Shown: one piece after another, positions 63,016 through 64,000 of the stretch | How the letters are laid out: each line of letters opens with the position of its first letter | Numbering within the stretch: position 1 is the first letter of the stretch | The notes under the pieces: model-generated | Seen by the model: only the letters and a program-made list of their open reading frames with translations | Databases searched by the model: none | Told to the model about the DNA's origin: nothing | Position numbers and translations under genes: made by a program | NCBI GenBank assembly: GCA_045603205.1 | Contig: JAZULS010000046.1 | Span: 3,249 to 67,248 of the forward strand | Origin: Eubacteriales bacterium | Lineage (GTDB): Bacteria > Bacillota > Clostridia > Oscillospirales > CAG-272 | Direction of reading: 5' to 3' | Length of the DNA: 64,000 nt

Positions 63016-64000
63016 ATTAGAAAGCTTTTTCACGGAGGCCAGGTCTATAATACCGAATCCGGGTCATTCAAAAGCGCTGATATTCTCGTGAACGATACAT
63101 ATATTGAGGAGATAGGCGAAAACATCACCGCCGAAGCCGACGAAACGGTGGACTGCACGGGAAAATACCTTATCCCCGGCCTTGTGGACGTTCATACCCA
63201 CGGACGGGCAGGCTTTGACTTCAACACTGCCACCTCAGAAGATATAAAAAAGATGCGTGATTCTTACGCAAAGGTGGGAACTACGTCCGTCATGGCGACT
63301 CTTGCATCTGCCCCCATCGAAAGCCTTTACGACTCATGCGACGCTATCTGCAGTAATGCGGAGACAACTCCCGGAACGTCAAATATCATCGGCGTACACC
63401 TTGAGGGAAGATACTTAAACGTCACACGGAGAGGCGCTCACGCGACAGAGCTTCTTGCTGCCCCTGACGCTGACGAAGTCTCTTCTATTATTGATAGGGT
63501 ACACCCCAATAAAACTCACGTTTCCGCGGCTCTTGAACTTGCAGACGATGGTTTCTATAATACCGTACTTTCCCGCGGTGCTACTCTCGGAATCGCCCAT
63601 AGTGACGCGACCTACGACGAGGCAACCGCTGCTCTTGAAAAAGGGGCAATATCCTTTACCCACACCTTTAACGCTATGCGCCCCCTTCACCACAGAGAAC
63701 CCGGCAACATTGCTGCTTCTCTACTTAGTGACGCTTATAGTGAAATAATCTGCGATGGAGAACACGTTCATCCCGCAATGATCAGTATGCTCGCAAGACT
63801 CAAACCATCCGATAAACTCGTGCTTATCACTGACTCAATGGAAGGTGCCGGTTGTCCCGACGGTGAGTATGCAATCGCAGGTCAAAAAGTCTTCGTCAAG
63901 GACGGCAAAGCGATAAACGTCGACGGAGCACTTGCCGGTAGCACTCTTGATATGTTTACCGCGCTAAAAAACTATATGAGATTCACGGGGACACCCCTTG
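63016..64000 (+). CDS. nagA: N-acetylglucosamine-6-phosphate deacetylase NagA (3' end outside the window; apparent ATT start)
   Basis: This frame-1 ORF is not in the track because it runs off the window. The translation is IRKLFHGGQVYNTESG...ADILVNDTYIEEIG...CTGKYLIPGLVDVHTHG...ELA...GIAHSDATY...FTHTFNAM. The in-frame stop is at 62974. The only start-like codon placed after the SD AAGGAGG (63001-63007) is ATT at 63016. Confidence 0.8.
   Translation, partial: MRKLFHGGQVYNTESGSFKSADILVNDTYIEEIGENITAEADETVDCTGKYLIPGLVDVHTHGRAGFDFNTATSEDIKKMRDSYAKVGTTSVMATLASAPIESLYDSCDAICSNAETTPGTSNIIGVHLEGRYLNVTRRGAHATELLAAPDADEVSSIIDRVHPNKTHVSAALELADDGFYNTVLSRGATLGIAHSDATYDEATAALEKGAISFTHTFNAMRPLHHREPGNIAASLLSDAYSEIICDGEHVHPAMISMLARLKPSDKLVLITDSMEGAGCPDGEYAIAGQKVFVKDGKAINVDGALAGSTLDMFTALKNYMRFTGTPL

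Noticed and set aside
1-64000. I looked for CRISPR arrays, long tandem repeats, IS elements, rRNA genes and prophage remnants.
   Set aside because: I read through all intergenic regions longer than 60 nt. I found only promoters, terminators and short palindromes, with no spaced direct repeats and no transposase, integrase or phage-like ORFs in the six-frame track.

Overview
This is a chromosomal window of about 60 genes from a spore-forming member of the Clostridia. I infer the taxon from gene order shared with Bacillus/Clostridium: yabM-like flippase-mazG-(hup)-yabO-yabP-yabQ-divIC, spoIIGA-sigE, dgt-dnaG-sigA, holB-yaaT-yabB(trmN6)-rsmI and rimM-trmD. A clostridial 2x[4Fe-4S] ferredoxin and many near-consensus TTGACA-17-TATAAT promoters point the same way. 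Most of the window is core housekeeping: rimM/trmD, aspartate kinase, cdaA-cdaR, recJ-relA-dtd-hemZ, HU, L31, hflX, primase and sigma-A, pgi, ileS with a T-box leader, holB, rsmI and a partial nagA. I saw no rRNA, CRISPR array, transposase, integrase or phage genes. The accessory-looking part lies at about 35.8-48.4 kb. It holds a second, tandem primary-like sigma factor and an orphan lipoprotein solute-binding protein. It also holds an uncharacterised P-loop ATPase with a zinc-ribbon membrane protein, and an A+T-richer four-gene nucleotide-enzyme cassette (Nudix, HIT, TmrB-like, nucleotidyltransferase) abutting the 3' end of tRNA-Thr(CGU). The last element there is a three-gene operon in which two ABC exporter half-transporters, each with a long N-terminal cytoplasmic module ending in a zinc ribbon, flank a DUF1854-like protein. 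That operon is my best candidate for an uncharacterised system, and the nucleotide cassette is second. Other points worth a second look are a ~180-aa extracytoplasmic insertion in the YabM/SpoVB-type flippase, an apparent ATT start for nagA, a long leader before rpmE, and a 56-aa ferredoxin gene absent from the ORF track. All calls rest on reading the translations and sequence by eye and on remembered family motifs. No searches or computations were run.
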